A DNA stretch of 64,000 bases from Eledone cirrhosa (GCA_964016885.1 OZ024762.1:20150001-20214000), one strand, 5' to 3'; positions 42,086 through 56,330 are shown, counted from the stretch's first letter. Made by a program: numbers and translations. Notes: generated by a model from the sequence alone, not told the origin.

Positions 42086-42349
42086 ACCGGAGGTTATTAG
42101 CCCCACTTCAGTACTGACATGGTATATGCTGACTCATCACACCCTTGCTAGTAGGGAAAGTGGGTGTTAAACAATGATGATGATAGATTAGTTAAGTATT
42201 TGTTACCTAACTAATTGTAAAACTGAAGAGAAACTCATTGGTGCATGTGATTTTATTGGCTGTGTGACCTTCTCGAAGTAGAGCAAACACACACATATAT
42301 ATTGGCAACATGAGCTTCCCTAGGTATTATATATATCAGCTGAATGTTA

Positions 42350-42735
42350 ATGATTTGTGAAGTGCAAGGCTATATAGTAGTGAGACATGGGAAGTGAATG
42401 CAGAGGACAGCCGAAGGTTGGAGAGAAATGAAGCAAGAATACTTTGATTGATGTGTAATGTTAATTGTGTGAACAATAAAACATGGATGAACTGAGAGAG
42501 AAACTGGGTATAAGAGGAATCAGATGTAGTGCGCAGGAGAGGAGACTGCATTGGTATGGACATGTGATGTGTATGGATGATGATTGCTGGGTGAAGAAGT
42601 GTCAGGAAATCCCAGTGAGCCACAGGAGAGGAAAACCAAGGAAGACTTGGGCAGAGGTTGTGAGAGCCAATCTGAAATCACTGAAGCTCCCAGAGGAGAT
42701 GATAAAAGAACATGATAAGTGGAGAGATACTCTAA
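42350..42735 (+). mobile_element. RTE LINE 3' remnant
   Basis: Encodes ELREKLGIRGI...RRLHWYGHVMCMDDDCWVKKC...GKPRKTW. Confidence 0.8.
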
Positions 42736-43473
42736 TGATACAGCAAATAATTGTTCCTACTTTTTGGCACAAGGCCGGCAATTACCCCAGTACATTACTG
42801 GTACTTTATTTTATCAACCCCGTAAGGATGAAAGGCAAAGTTAACCTCGGCGGGATTTGAACTCAGAATGGCAAGGGCCGTAACTCTATATGTCAAAGCA
42901 TGGCGTCTGACCCTCTACCGATACTGCCAATCCACGATGATATATATGACTGTCAATTGCCATATCATGCACTGATTGTTATACAATCCCTGAAGTTAAG
43001 CAATGTCGAGCCAAGTTTGTACTTAGATGGATGACCATTTAAGGATACTTTGGAGAATGTATGTGGTTTAGTGGTTAGGAAATTGGATTCACAATCATGA
43101 GGTTGCAAGTTTGATTCCCGGAGTGTGTTATACATTATGTCCTTGAGCAAGACTCCTAGATAGTATCAGCAATGGAAAGACCAATGGAAACAGTGTTTCC
43201 TTGGTCTGATTTTATAGATTTCATCCTTCTCAGTAAGTGAATGAAGTCTGGGACCTTGTCAATCGATTCAATCAGCCATTGGACATTATCATATCTATGA
43301 AGGACATCTAACCAGAAAAACCAGAAGCAGTTCTATATGAACAAGACATAGTCCCCTGCCCTGATTTGCCTCTAAAGGGACAACCAGTCTAACCCATGCT
43401 AGCATGGAAAATGGACGTTAAACAATAATGACGATACTCGTGTAAAAATAGAAATTTTTAGACCATTTTTTAA

Positions 43474-43981
43474 CCTTTACCATTTACATTACTCTATATA
43501 TACTATTATATTTTCACAGTAATGGCTTTACCTCACATAATATCTCACATAACATTTACATTACTCTATATATACTATTATATTTTCACAGTAATGGCTT
43601 TACCTCACATAATATCTCACATAACATTTACATTACTCTATATATACTATTATATTTTCACAGTAATGGCTTTACCTCACATAATACCTCACATAACATT
43701 TACATTACTCTCTATATACTATTGTATTTTCACAGTAAAGGCTTTACCTCACATAATACCTCACATAACATTTACATTACTCTATATATACTATTATATT
43801 TTCACAGTAATGGCTTTACCTCACATAATTATCTCACATAATATCAAATCTATGAGATTTTGATTTTATCTATTTTGAGAACAATACCTTAATGTAAGTA
43901 TGAGGGACCGGTTACAGCTGGTTTGAACAGAAAGAGGTGAGAGAATTTTGGCCAGATGGAGCCAGTTTAAATGCTAAAGGG
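43474..43981. mobile_element. piggyBac MITE copy with an internal 72-bp tandem array
   Basis: TTAA on both sides, right TIR TAAATGCTAAAGGG, about 5 copies of a 72-bp unit; same family as 2006-2226. Confidence 0.8.
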
Positions 43982-44229
43982 TTAAGTTTAAATTTATAGT
44001 GTTAGCTATGACATGGATATTACTTTTGAGGGACTTGAAATTCAAGTCAGAATCCAAATTATCTCATCAGTAGCAGAAACTGAACCGATCTCTAAATGAA
44101 TAAAAACAGAGGCACAATTAATTACATGATGGTGATGGTGTTAATGGTAGTAGTAGTTGTAGTAGTAGTGGTGTTGGTGGTAGTAGTAGTAGTAGTAGTA
44201 GTAGCAGCAGAAGAAGAAGAAGAAGAAGC

Positions 44230-44261
<32 letters not shown>

Positions 44262-44283
44262 CAGCAGCAGAAGAAGAAGCAGC

Positions 44284-44335
<52 letters not shown>

Positions 44336-44486
44336 ACAGCAGCAGCAGTAGTAGTGGAGGAGGTGATGATGTTGATGTAATGTTACAATATATCAGTAGG
44401 ACTAACCAGCTAAACATACAACATGTGTCTGTAAAATATATGATATGACTGGCTGGGAACAGTCTCTGGGTATGTAAATGTGTGTG

Positions 44487-44550
<64 letters not shown>

Positions 44551-44786
44551 GGTGTCACGACAAAAAAACACACAGTCCACGCTGTAATGTGGCCGTGTAG
44601 GTAACACGGTAAAGACCTCCCAGTCCACACTGTAAATGTGGTTGGTGTTGGGAAGGGCATCCAGCCGTAGAAAACCCGCCAGACAGTCCTATACGAGCAG
44701 GATAACCAATCTTGCCTCAAGTGGGAAAACTCCCGTCCAAACCCATGCAAGCGTGGAAGATGGACGTTAAATGATGATGATGATGA

Positions 44787-44815
<29 letters not shown>

Positions 44816-44820
<5 letters not shown>

Positions 44821-45306
44821 AGGATGAATATAAAATGAAAGTGCTTTTTTTTAAAAAAGGAATTTATTAGGTATTGACATATGTTTCTGTAACAGACAGA
44901 ATACCTATGTATCGCTGCTTGCGTAATCATATAATGTTAGCAAGTATTTGATAGCAAATGTATAATCAGTTGTCACTTCTTCAGAGATTTTGGATAAATT
45001 GGATAAAATCAGAAAAATTGAAGTATTTATATTAGTAATAGAGGAAGAAACAGAGGGGATAGTATATGACAGATGGTAAATTAATTTACTGCTAAACAAG
45101 TATATAATGGGTTTCTAATGAGAATACCATGAGTAAATCTAAATAAGAATTTTGGGAGTGCCAATTTTAATCTCTACTTGACCAACTGGACAGTGGACAG
45201 GGCTGGTCATTTGGTGCAGTAGTATTAATTATAAAGTGTCAATTGCGGAAGGGGGAGATTTCGATTTAAAAAAAAAAGTACTTTCATTTTATATTCATCC
45301 TTTCTA
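44816..45306 (-). mobile_element. Second copy of the PLE 3' UTR with a short inverted tail
   Basis: 45009-45265 matches 1-255; 44816-45010 is the reverse complement of about 720-910; 45266-45306 is an inverted copy of the 3' terminus. Confidence 0.75.
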
Positions 45307-45408
45307 CATTTTCTCCGGAATTTAATTTATACTCGTTGAGCAAACCTGCACGTACGCTGTTCATCTCTAACGTAACGATATATTATCACTACATTATTGA
45401 TAACCTGA

Positions 45409-45464
<56 letters not shown>

Positions 45465-45505
45465 ATGATATTAATAAATGGAAACTATATTTATAAAACC
45501 ATATT

Positions 45506-45566
45506 TATTCTATTATATATATTTCAAGGGTACCAAAACTTTGGTACGCTCTCATCAGATAAAATA
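45506..45566 (-). ncRNA. Type I hammerhead ribozyme (family H)
   Basis: Minus strand reads TATTTTAT-CTGATGA-GAGCGTACCAAA-GT-TTTGGTACCCTT-GAAA-TATATA-TA-ATAGAATA. Stem I is 8 bp, stem II is long and stem III is palindromic. Confidence 0.8.
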
Positions 45567-45653
45567 CAAAGTTTGTTTTATAAATATTGACATAGCCAGG
45601 AAGGAAATCTTAATGGTTCCTGGATAAATATCCCTTTTGCTTATATATCTATA

Positions 45654-45687
<34 letters not shown>

Positions 45688-45694
45688 AATATAT

Positions 45695-45914
45695 ATAACG
45701 AAGGAAATGTGGTAAGGAACCAAGTGGACCATAACGCACCAAAGTACTCAATACTTAGGGTAGTAGAGTGGGTAATAGGAACGAGTAGGACCCCGACGGC
45801 TGAGCTCAAGCCGTTTCGACGGCTAATTCTGGACTCTGAGTCCAGAATTAGCCGTCGCATCCAGAATTAGCCGTCGAAACGGCTTGAGCTCAGCCGTCGG
45901 GGTCCTACTCGTTC

Positions 45915-45916
<2 letters not shown>
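45695..45916. mobile_element. Fold-back element, family C (PLE-like)
   Basis: GC-rich palindrome at 45777-45916; relatives at about 1465-1605, 46387-46582, 57460-57667 and 950-1243; all next to (TA)n. Confidence 0.65.
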
Positions 45917-45997
<81 letters not shown>

Positions 45998-46136
45998 GTT
46001 ATGTACATAGCTATTAAGCTCTGTAACCTACATAGAGCACTCTTTTTTCCTGGACCTTTCCGACGGAATTACTTCATTTATATTTATATATATATATTTA
46101 TATATATATATTTATATATATATATTTATATATATA

Positions 46137-46182
<46 letters not shown>

Positions 46183-46849
46183 TATATATATATATTTATA
46201 TATATATATTTATATATAAGAGGGTCAATTGAAGTTCATAGGTTCACCAAGATACTCTCATGGAATGACCAAAGGAGGTTTATTTTTTAACATAGTCCCT
46301 GGAAAGAAACAATTGAAATTAATGTATGCAAGATTTCACAACTCTAGCATTACTTTTTCATAGTCAGCCTATATATATATATATATCAGGATAGAACTAG
46401 ATTAAACTAGTTAGACCATTCCTCAATAGAGTACTTGATACTTGGCATAGTAGAGTATGGTTATATTATAAAGAGTCAGGGCCTAATGGGTGAGCTCTTG
46501 CTAGACTAGTTCTAGACTAGCGTCTGGAACTAGTTGTTGAAACAGCAAGAGCTCAGCTGTTGGGCCCCAACTCTTTATAATATATATATATATACACACA
46601 CACACATATATATACACATACATACATATACACATACATACATACATATATACACATACGTACATACATATACACATACATACATACATATACACATACA
46701 TACATAAATATACACATACATACATATATATATATACATACATACATACATACATACACATACACACATACATATACACATACACACATACATACATACA
46801 TACACACATACACACATACATACATACATATATATATATATATACACAC

Positions 46850-46890
<41 letters not shown>

Positions 46891-46893
46891 CAC

Positions 46894-46938
<45 letters not shown>

Positions 46939-46943
46939 TACAT

Positions 46944-46984
<41 letters not shown>

Positions 46985-47086
46985 TACATACATATATATA
47001 TATACACACACACACACACATACATACACACACACACACACATACATACATACATACATATATATATATACACACACATACATACA

Positions 47087-47117
<31 letters not shown>

Positions 47118-47355
47118 TCATAGATACACACATACACACACACATATATATATATATATGTGATTACATATTTTCCATAGCTGACTTCAGTGTTATAGTC
47201 TTTGAATGTTAAATAACAGTTACCATATTATAAATACGTAAGCAGCAACTTCACCCATAAATGGAATTCTACATGCCTTACTGTACTACAATGAAATGCT
47301 GTCAGGGAACTAGGCGTGTTTTATATGTAAATAGCGACTGAATTTTAGTTTTCAG

Positions 47356-47468
47356 GTTAAGAAAACCTGAGAGACACGTAATAGCCAACGACAGCAATGG
47401 TTTAAAGCGGTTGGCAGTGGTGCTGGTAGGGGAAATAGTAATATATTTTCTTAAAAGTGGTTTTCCAG
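47356..47468 (+). CDS. Candidate upstream exon of the mucin gene
   Basis: Acceptor TTTTAGTTTTCAG and donor CAG|GTAAGC. Open frame LRKPERHVIANDSNGLKRLAVVLVGEIVIYFLKSGFP ends in phase 1, matching the phase-1 start of the next exon. Confidence 0.45.
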
Positions 47469-47616
47469 GTAAGCTGCAGTGGTTGTTAAAATGAAGGAAA
47501 CAGTGAGACAGTTGAGTTAAGCGTTTATAAATAGATGGGAATTCAGGGACAAAGGTGTAAGGAAGAACTTCCAGTGATTTACTTCCTACTTAATGTAGTT
47601 TGGCTGAGTCTCTCTC

Positions 47617-47648
<32 letters not shown>

Positions 47649-47689
47649 GAGGGGAGCAGGATTAATGAAATGCAAAGAGAAAAGTGTAA

Positions 47690-48215
47690 CAGGAACTGGT
47701 GGGCTGATGGCCAGAACAGTATGTGTCATTGTACGATGTAGCAGGAACTGGTGGACTGGAGGTTAGGATAGTATGTAGGGTTGTATTATGTAGCAGGAAC
47801 TGGTGGACTGGAGGTTAGGATAGTATGTAGTGTTGTATTATGTAGCAGGAACTGGTGGACTGGAGGTTAGGATAGTATGTAGCAGGAACTGGTGAGCTGA
47901 GGGTTGGAATAGTATGTAGTGTTGTATTATGTAGCAGGAACTGGTGAGCTGAGGGTTGGAATAGTATGTAGTGTTGTATTATGTAGCAGGAACTGGTGGA
48001 CTGGAGGTTAGGATAGTATGTAGCAGGAACTGGTGAGCTGAGGGTTGGAATAGTATGTAGTGTTGTATTATGAAGCAGGAACTGGTGAGCTGAGGGTTGG
48101 AATAGTATGTAGTATTGTATTATGTAGCAGGAACTGGTGGACTGGAGGTTAGGATAGTATGTAGTGTTGTATTATGTAGCAGGAACTGGTGAGCTGAGGG
48201 TTAGTGTGGTTGTAT
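47690..48215. repeat. Minisatellite, about 52 bp
   Basis: Unit GTAGCAGGAACTGGTGGACTGGAGGTTAGGATAGTATGTAGTGTTGTATTAT. Confidence 0.9.
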
Positions 48216-48579
48216 TATGGAGGCTATTTTTATCAACGTATTACAAATGAAAGTTTATATGGAAACTTGCCCAAGATAGACATACATCCATACATGTATA
48301 AGGTAGACATATACGTACATACAAAGACACACATACATATAGACATAAATGTACATACATAAATAAGGGAGACATACATATATACATACATGTATATGAT
48401 ACACATACATACATGTATAAGGTACACATACATGTATAAGGTACACATACATGTACAAGTTAGACATACATACATAAATACATACATGTATAAGGTGCCC
48501 ATACATAGACATACATGTACAAGTTCGACATACACACATACATGTACAAGGTTAGATCGTATGAATGTATTATCAAGTC

Positions 48580-48860
48580 TATTTTTATCAATGTGTTACA
48601 AATGAAAGTTTATATGGAAACTTGCCCAAGATAACAACTACAATTGTTCAAAGATGGTTACAATTTGTAGGACATTACTGAAGAAGTAAGATACTATTGT
48701 GGGAACTAACTGATTGGGGACACAGTAGAAGACCTGCTTGAACCTTCACTGATAAACTCTTACAGTTGCTGGGAGCAATGGAAAATGGTGAATTATGGAG
48801 AGATTTTGTCAGGAATGTTCAAATGTGGTCACAGTGGTGATGGTGATGGTGATGGTGATT
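48580..48860 (+). mobile_element. Old RTE LINE 3' remnant
   Basis: Translates to TNESLYGNLPKITTTIVQRWLQFVGH...LLWE...AMENGELWRDFV with a (TGA/TGG) tail; same type as 39123-39410. Confidence 0.65.
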
Positions 48861-49104
48861 GTTACAGTTTTGATCCATATATATATTTGTTTCGGTTTCT
48901 GAATACAATCAGGGGCCGCTGCTTCTCCTGAAGGTCAATAGTTCTCTTCTAACTCGAGCGGGAGTGCCTTTCCATTGTCAATTTGCAATGATCATCTGCA
49001 AAGCTGCATTGTTCTCAGAACCACTACACCAGTCTTTCGATGTGTGCAGCTGGAACTACTGCCACCCTTTGATTTGGCAGGATTTTGTTTTTGTTTTTTT
49101 TGTG

Positions 49105-49136
<32 letters not shown>

Positions 49137-49218
49137 CATTCATAAACACGGCATATATATACAATTTAAGTTTATATCTAATTTAATTCTAAATGGTTTG
49201 TCTTGTCTTCCATTACAG

Positions 49219-52200
49219 AATCCAGAGCAGACTTCAGTCGAAATTACACTTCACAAACAACCCATCCATTCTCTCGAAGGGAAGAATTGCCATTTTCTAA
49301 ACTTGAAGATTCTTTTAGTTCAGCTACACGAGAATTACATGAAAAGGAACATCTGACATTTGTCTCAAATATTCTTCATACAGCAACGTCTCTTAGCCAA
49401 ACAACCTTAAAACCGAATTATATGAATCAGTTTGTGACGACCCCAAGTTCTTTCTCACTTGAAACTATAACTCATCCCCTTTTAAAGATTACTTCAGCCA
49501 AAGTTGTTGACCAGGCTTGGGAGGCTTTAAAGACAGCAGCTCCAGTTAAGAATGATTCGAGAATTTTAACAATGGCCAGTGATTCCAATTCTCAAAGTGT
49601 AGATAATGTTAACAATTCATCTGTAAAGATGAATACCTCAGACAATTCAGGCCAAACAGAAGAAAAGACATTAAATATAAAAGAAACAAAACATTTTTTA
49701 GCCACAGTCAACCCAAAACTCCAAATTGAATCGTTGCATGAACAAATGAAGGAAGAGGACCTGTTGCCACCTTCCCTAGAAGCAAATGGTACACGAAACA
49801 ATGCTTTTGAGGAATTAGGTAACACTTTTGGATCTGGATCCATAAAGTTGCCAGGTAGAAATATGGCGAATATTTTCCTCGAGGAAAATGAAAACCCTAA
49901 CTCTTTAGAAACGGTTTCTGATAACCAAATAGCAGCAACTGTAGCAATGGAGACAAATATTGACGTGACACAGCAACAAACTAAGAAAACCAAAGAGGAT
50001 CCTGGGAAAGAATTTGCATCTTTAACAATTTTCTCCGAAGACAACACTAACAAAACATTTAATGTATCTTCAGAAACAGTGAAACTGAATCTAAAAGGCG
50101 TTTCTTCTTCTGAAGATTTGTCAGGGAATGTTTATGAATACCAAGGGACAATGACCAACCAGCAAACATTAACACCAATGTTTTCACAGGTTGTTACAAC
50201 AACTTCCAATATGGCTGGAACCAAAGAGAAAACAGCTCTCAATAATGTAAAAACATCAACAATGGTGCCATCATTATCAACAATACAATCAACACCCCCG
50301 CCATCATTATCACAATTACACTCAGCTGATATTACAGAAACTCATCCACCAACAACTACAGAATTGCAGACAGATCTTTCGACAGATGTCTTTGTAAATT
50401 TTGACTCCAAAGCTACTTCATCCTTGGCCCCTGAGACCACAGTCATTCAGTTCAGAACTACAGACACTACAGCCACCCAGACCCCAGTAACTCAGTCTGG
50501 GAACCATCAAACTACAGCCACTCAGGTTCCAGTCTCAGAATCTACACTTTCTCAGAATGCAATTACTCAATCATCTGCTGAATCAGTAGCTACAGAATCT
50601 GCTTCTCAGTTCACAACCAAGACTCAATCTACAGTGAGTCAGTCCATAACTGCTCAATCTACAGGCAGACAGTTTGTCTTAGATTCTTTTACAGCTATGT
50701 CGTCTTCAGATACCAAACAGTCCTCTGAGCTGACTCCAGTTGACACAACGGAAATTAAGACAGCTACCGTTGAGCCAACAATAATTAAGAGAACTACAGT
50801 TGAACTGACTACAGCTGAGAAAACCACAGCTGAACCAACTACACTAGAGAGAATTACAGTTAAGCCAATGACAGCTGAACCAACCACAGCTGAGCCAACC
50901 ACAGCAGAACCAACTACAGTAGAGAGAATTACAGTTAAGCCAATGACAGCTGAACCAACCACAGCAGAACCAACCACAGCTGAGCCAACCACAGCAGAAC
51001 CAACTACAGTAGAGAGAATTACAGTTAAGCCAATGACAGCTGAACCAACCACAGCTGAACCAACCACAGCTGAGCCAACCACAGCAGAACCAACTACAGT
51101 AGAGAGAATTACAGTTAAGCCAATGACAGCTGAACCAACCACAGCTGAGCCAACCACAGCAGAACCAACTACAGTAGAGAGAATTACAGTTAAGCCAATG
51201 ACAACTGCACAAGCTATAGCTGAGCCAAGTACAACTGAGACGGCTACAGTTGAGCCAACTACAGCAGAACCAACTACAGTTCAGCTAACTACAGAGGAGA
51301 TGGTTACAGCTGAGAGAACTACAGTTGGTTCAACTAGGGTTGATCCAACTACAGCTGAGCCAACTACAGCTGAGCCAACTACAACTGAGCCAACTACAGC
51401 TAAGCTGACTACAGCTATACCAACTGTAATTGAGCCAGTTACATCTGAACTAAGTACAGCTGAGTTGACTACAGCTGAGAGAATTACAGCTAAGCCAATA
51501 ACAACTGAACCAACTACAGTTAAGATGGTTACAGTTGAGCCAATTACAGCAGAGCCAACTACAGCTGAACCAACTACATTTGAGATAGCTACAGCTGAGA
51601 GAACTACAGTTGGTTCAACTAAGGTTGATCTGACTACAGCTGAATCAGCTACAACTGAGTCAACTACACCTAAATCAAGTTCATCTGAGCCAACTACAGC
51701 TGAGCCAACTACAGCTGAGCCAACTACAGCTGAGCCAACTACAGCCAAGTCAACTACATCTGAGCCAACTACTGCTGAATCAACTACAGCTGCACTGTCC
51801 AGCACTGAGCAGTCTAAAGTTGTTCAGTCATTTGAGTCAAGTAGTGTCCCTCAGTCAACTGGTAAGTCAAGTATCATTCCACCATCATCTCAGTCAACGG
51901 CTGGACTATTTTCAGACACAGAGTTTACAAATGAACTAACATCTGCTCCAGTGGTCACTGTAACTGTTCCATTCAACAGTAAGCCATCAACATCTCAGTA
52001 TATAGCTGAATCCTCTACAAAAATAACAACAGCACCAGTAGAGACCACAACTGAGCCATCTACAGTCACTGCACCAATAGAGACCACAACTGAGCCATTT
52101 ACAGTCACTGAACCAGTAGAGACCACGACTGAGCCATCTACGGCCACTTCTGACACGTATACACCATCTATGCCGGCAGTTCATACATTCATTGAGTTTA

Positions 52201-54608
52201 CTGATTATGTAACTGAATCAATTTCAACTACTCAAGCTACAACAGAGTTCTCTACAATTACTCAGTTCCCAGATGAAACATCAGCACAAACAACTGAGTT
52301 CACAACTCCCATGCACAGATCAACTAAGCCTTCCACAGAACTTCAAGACTCAACTGAAACAGCAACAGAAACACAAAGTATATCTAAAGAGTCCTCGAAA
52401 GTCACTCTAGGCTCAACTACATCCTTACTTCTCAGCCAGAGCACTAATACAGCCTTGATCACATCAGAACCTCCAACTAATCCAACCATAACCATGTCTG
52501 CATTTACTCCAACAACACATGAGTCATCTACATCTACACCAGCTACACTTGAGTCATCTACATCTACTCCAACTACAGTTGAGCCGTCTACATCTACTCC
52601 AACTACAATTGAGCCATCTATATTTACTCCAGCTACAGTTGAGCCGTCTACATCTACTCCAACTACAGTTGAGCCGTCTATATCTACTCCAACTACAGTT
52701 GAGCCGTCTATATCTACACCAACTACAGTTGAGCTGTCTACATCTACTACAACTACAGTTGAGCCGTCTATATCTACTCCAACTACAGTTGAGCTGTCTA
52801 CATCTACTACAACTACAGTTGAGCCATCTATATCTACACCAACTACAGTTGAGCTGTCTACATCTACTACAACTACAGTTGAGCCGTCAATATCTACTCC
52901 AACTACAGTTGAGCTGTCTACATCTACACCAACTACAATTGAGCCGTCAATATCTACTCCAACTACAGTTGAGCTGTCTACATCTACACCAACTACAATT
53001 GAGCCGTCTATATCTACTCAGATGACATCAGGGTCTCCAGCCATTACAGTGATACTTGAGTCTTCTTCAACAACTGAAACTACAACAGAACCAACTACCA
53101 CTCCACCCACAACTGAACCAGCAACCACAGAACCTTCAACAACCCCGCCCACAAAAGAACCTTCAACAACCCCGCCCACAACAGAACCTTCAACAACCCC
53201 GCCCACAACAGAACAAACTGTAACCCCACCCCCAATTGAACATGTTACTACTCAGCCTACAACCAAACCACCCACAACCCTGCCCACAACGGAACCACCC
53301 ACAACCCCTCCCACAACAGAACCTCCAACAATTCCATCCACTACCCAATATGTAACAACTCCACCAACATGGTCCCAGCCTGCTTCAACAGTTGGCGAAA
53401 CTGTGACCCAGGGTAGTACCGAAGACCTGATATCCACCTCAAGCAATGTTATATATCCTCTGACAACGAAATCAAAACCTTTAAACTTAAACAAGACATC
53501 AATAAGTAGCTCAGAGACATATCCTTCAACAACAACAACACCAACAACACCTACTACTATCACAAAACCAACAACTACAACACCCACTACTACGACACCA
53601 ACAACAACACAACCACCAACTACAACAACACCCACAACAACACTACCACCAACTACAACAACACAACCACCAACTACAACAACACTCACAACTACAACAC
53701 CCACAACAACACAACCACCAACTACAACAACACAACCACCAACTACAACAACACTACCACCAACTACAACAACACAACCACCAACTACAACAACACCCAC
53801 AACAACACAACCACCAACTACAACAACACAACCACCAACTACAACAACACAACCACCAACTACAACAACACAACCACCAACTACAACAACACTCACAACA
53901 ACAACAACAACACAACCACCAACTACAACAACACCCACAACAACAACAACACAACCACCAACTACAACAACACAACCACCAACTACAACAACACAACCAC
54001 CAACTACAACAACACCCACAACAACACAACCACCAACTACAACAACACTCACAACTACAACACCCACAACAACACAACCACCAACTACAACAACACAACC
54101 ACCAACTACAACAACACCCACAACTACAACAACACAACCACCAACTACAACAACACCCACAACTACAACAACACAACCACCAACTACAACAACACCCACA
54201 ACAACAACAACACAACCACCAACTACAACAACACTCACAACAACAACACAACCACCAACTACAACAACACCCACAACTACAACAACACCAACAACAACTA
54301 CAACAACACAACCACCACCACCAACAACAACAACAACCACTACCACAACAACACCTACTACTACTTCTGTTATGAATATGACTGATGAAGTTACTACTAC
54401 TAGTACTAGTAATATTACTGATGCTACTACAAATAGCAGCGTTGCTACGGAGATTTCATGGAAAAGCACACCTGCAGCTGAAATACAAGGGTCTCCACTG
54501 ACCATTATCGGGGGCTTTGAGATCATACAGGGTGCTGTTTGGTCAAAAGAACTTACAGACACAAACTCTATAGAATATAGTGATTTGGAGAAAGAACTAG
54601 ATAAACTG
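49219..54608 (+). CDS. Transmembrane mucin: large PTS-repeat exon and start of SEA domain
   Basis: 5390-nt open exon with acceptor TTCCATTACAG (phase 1) and donor CTG|GTTGGT (phase 0). Thr/Ser/Pro repeats TTAEP, TPTTVEPSIS and TTTQPP; ends IIGGFEII...ELTDTNSIEYSDLEKELDKL. Confidence 0.92.
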
Positions 54609-54639
54609 GTTGGTAAATTCTTGTTTGTCTAAATATTTG

Positions 54640-56330
54640 TCTGAGTGTTTGTCTGAGTGTCTGAATATCTAGATGTCTGAGTGTTTGTCAGAGTGTCTGA
54701 ATATCTAGATGTCTGATTGTTTGTCTGAGTGTCTGAAGATCTAGATGTCTGAGTGTCTGTCTGAGTGTCTGAAGATCTAGATGTCTGAGTGTCTGTCAGA
54801 GTGTCCGAAGATCTAGATGTCTGTCTGAGTGTCTGAACATCTAGATGTCTGATTGTCTGTCAGAGTGTCTGAATATCTAGATGTCTGATTGTCTGTCAGA
54901 GTGTCTGAACATCTAGATGTCTGATTGTCTGTCAGAGTGTCTGAATATCTAGATGTCTGATTGTCTGTCAGAGTGTCTGAATATCTAGATGTCTGATTGT
55001 CTGTCAGAGTGTCTGAATATCTAGATGTCTGATTGTCTGTCAGAGTGTCTGAATATCTAGATGTCTGATTGTCTGTCAGAGTGTCTGAACATCTAGATGT
55101 CTGATTGTTTGTCAGAGTGTCTGAATATCTAGATGTCTGATTGTCTGTCAGAGTGTCTGAATATCTAGATGTCTGATTGTTTGTCTGAGTGTCTGAACAT
55201 CTAGATGTCTGATTGTCTGTCAGAGTGTCTGAATATCTAGATGTCTGATTGTCTGTCTGAGTGTCTGAACATCTAGATGTCTGATTGTCTGTCAGAATGT
55301 CTGAACATCTAGATGTCTGATTGTCTGTCAGAGTGTCTGAATATCTAGATGTCTGATTGTCTGTCTGAGTGTCTGAATATCTAGATGTCTGATTGTCTGT
55401 CTGAGTGTCTGAATATCTAGATGTCTGATTGTCTGTCAGAGTGTCTGAATATCTAGATGTCTGATTGTCTGTCTGAGTGTCTGAACATCTAGATGTCTGA
55501 TTGTCTGTCAGAGTGTCTGAATATCTAGATGTCTGATTGTCTGTCAGAGTGTCTGAATATCTAGATGTCTGATTGTCTGTCTGAGTGTCTGAACATCTAG
55601 ATGTCTGATTGTCTGTCAGAGTGTCTGAACATCTAGATGTCTGATTGTTTGTCTGAGTGTCTGAACATCTAGATGTCTGATTGTCTGTCAGAGTGTCTGA
55701 ATATCTAGATGTCTGAGTGTCTGAATATCTAGATGTCTGATTGTCTGTCAGAGTGTCTGAATATCTAGATGTCTGATTGTCTGTCAGAGTGTCTGAATAT
55801 CTAGATGTCTGAGTGTCTGAAGATCTGTCTGTCTGAGTGTCTGAAGATCTAGATGTCTGATTGTCTGTCAGAGTGTCTGAACATCTAGATGTCTGTCTGT
55901 CTGTCTGAGTGTCCGAAGATCTATCTGTCTGTCTGAGTGTCTGAACATCTAGATGTCTGAGTGTCTGAAGATCTAGATGTCTGTCAGTCTGTCTGAGTGT
56001 CTGAAGATCTAGATGTCTGTCAGTCTGTCTGAGTGTCTGAACATCTAGATGCCTGAGTGTCTGTCAGAGTGTCTGAAGATCTAGATGTCTGTCAGTCTGT
56101 CTGAGTGTCTGAAGATCTAGATGTCTGTCTGTCTGTCCAAGTGTCTGAATATCTAGATGTCTGTCTGAGTGTCTGAAGATCTAGATGCCTGAGTGTCTGT
56201 CCGAGTGTCTGAAGATCTAGATGTCTGTCTGTCCAAGTGTCTGAATATCTTGATGTCTGTCTATGAGTGTCTGAATATCTCGATGTCTGTCTGTTGGCAT
56301 ATCTAGATGCCTGTCTGGATATCTAGCTGT
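54640..56330. repeat. Intronic 36-bp minisatellite
   Basis: Unit GAGTGTCTGAATATCTAGATGTCTGATTGTCTGTCA, about 45 copies. Confidence 0.95.

Noticed and set aside
53252-54562. Val/Gly- and Cys-rich minus-strand ORFs
   Set aside because: Antisense shadows of the mucin repeats.
49203-54632. 1809-aa ORF as a single-exon gene
   Set aside because: It starts at TTG in the acceptor tract, has no signal peptide, and the SEA domain continues in downstream in-phase exons.
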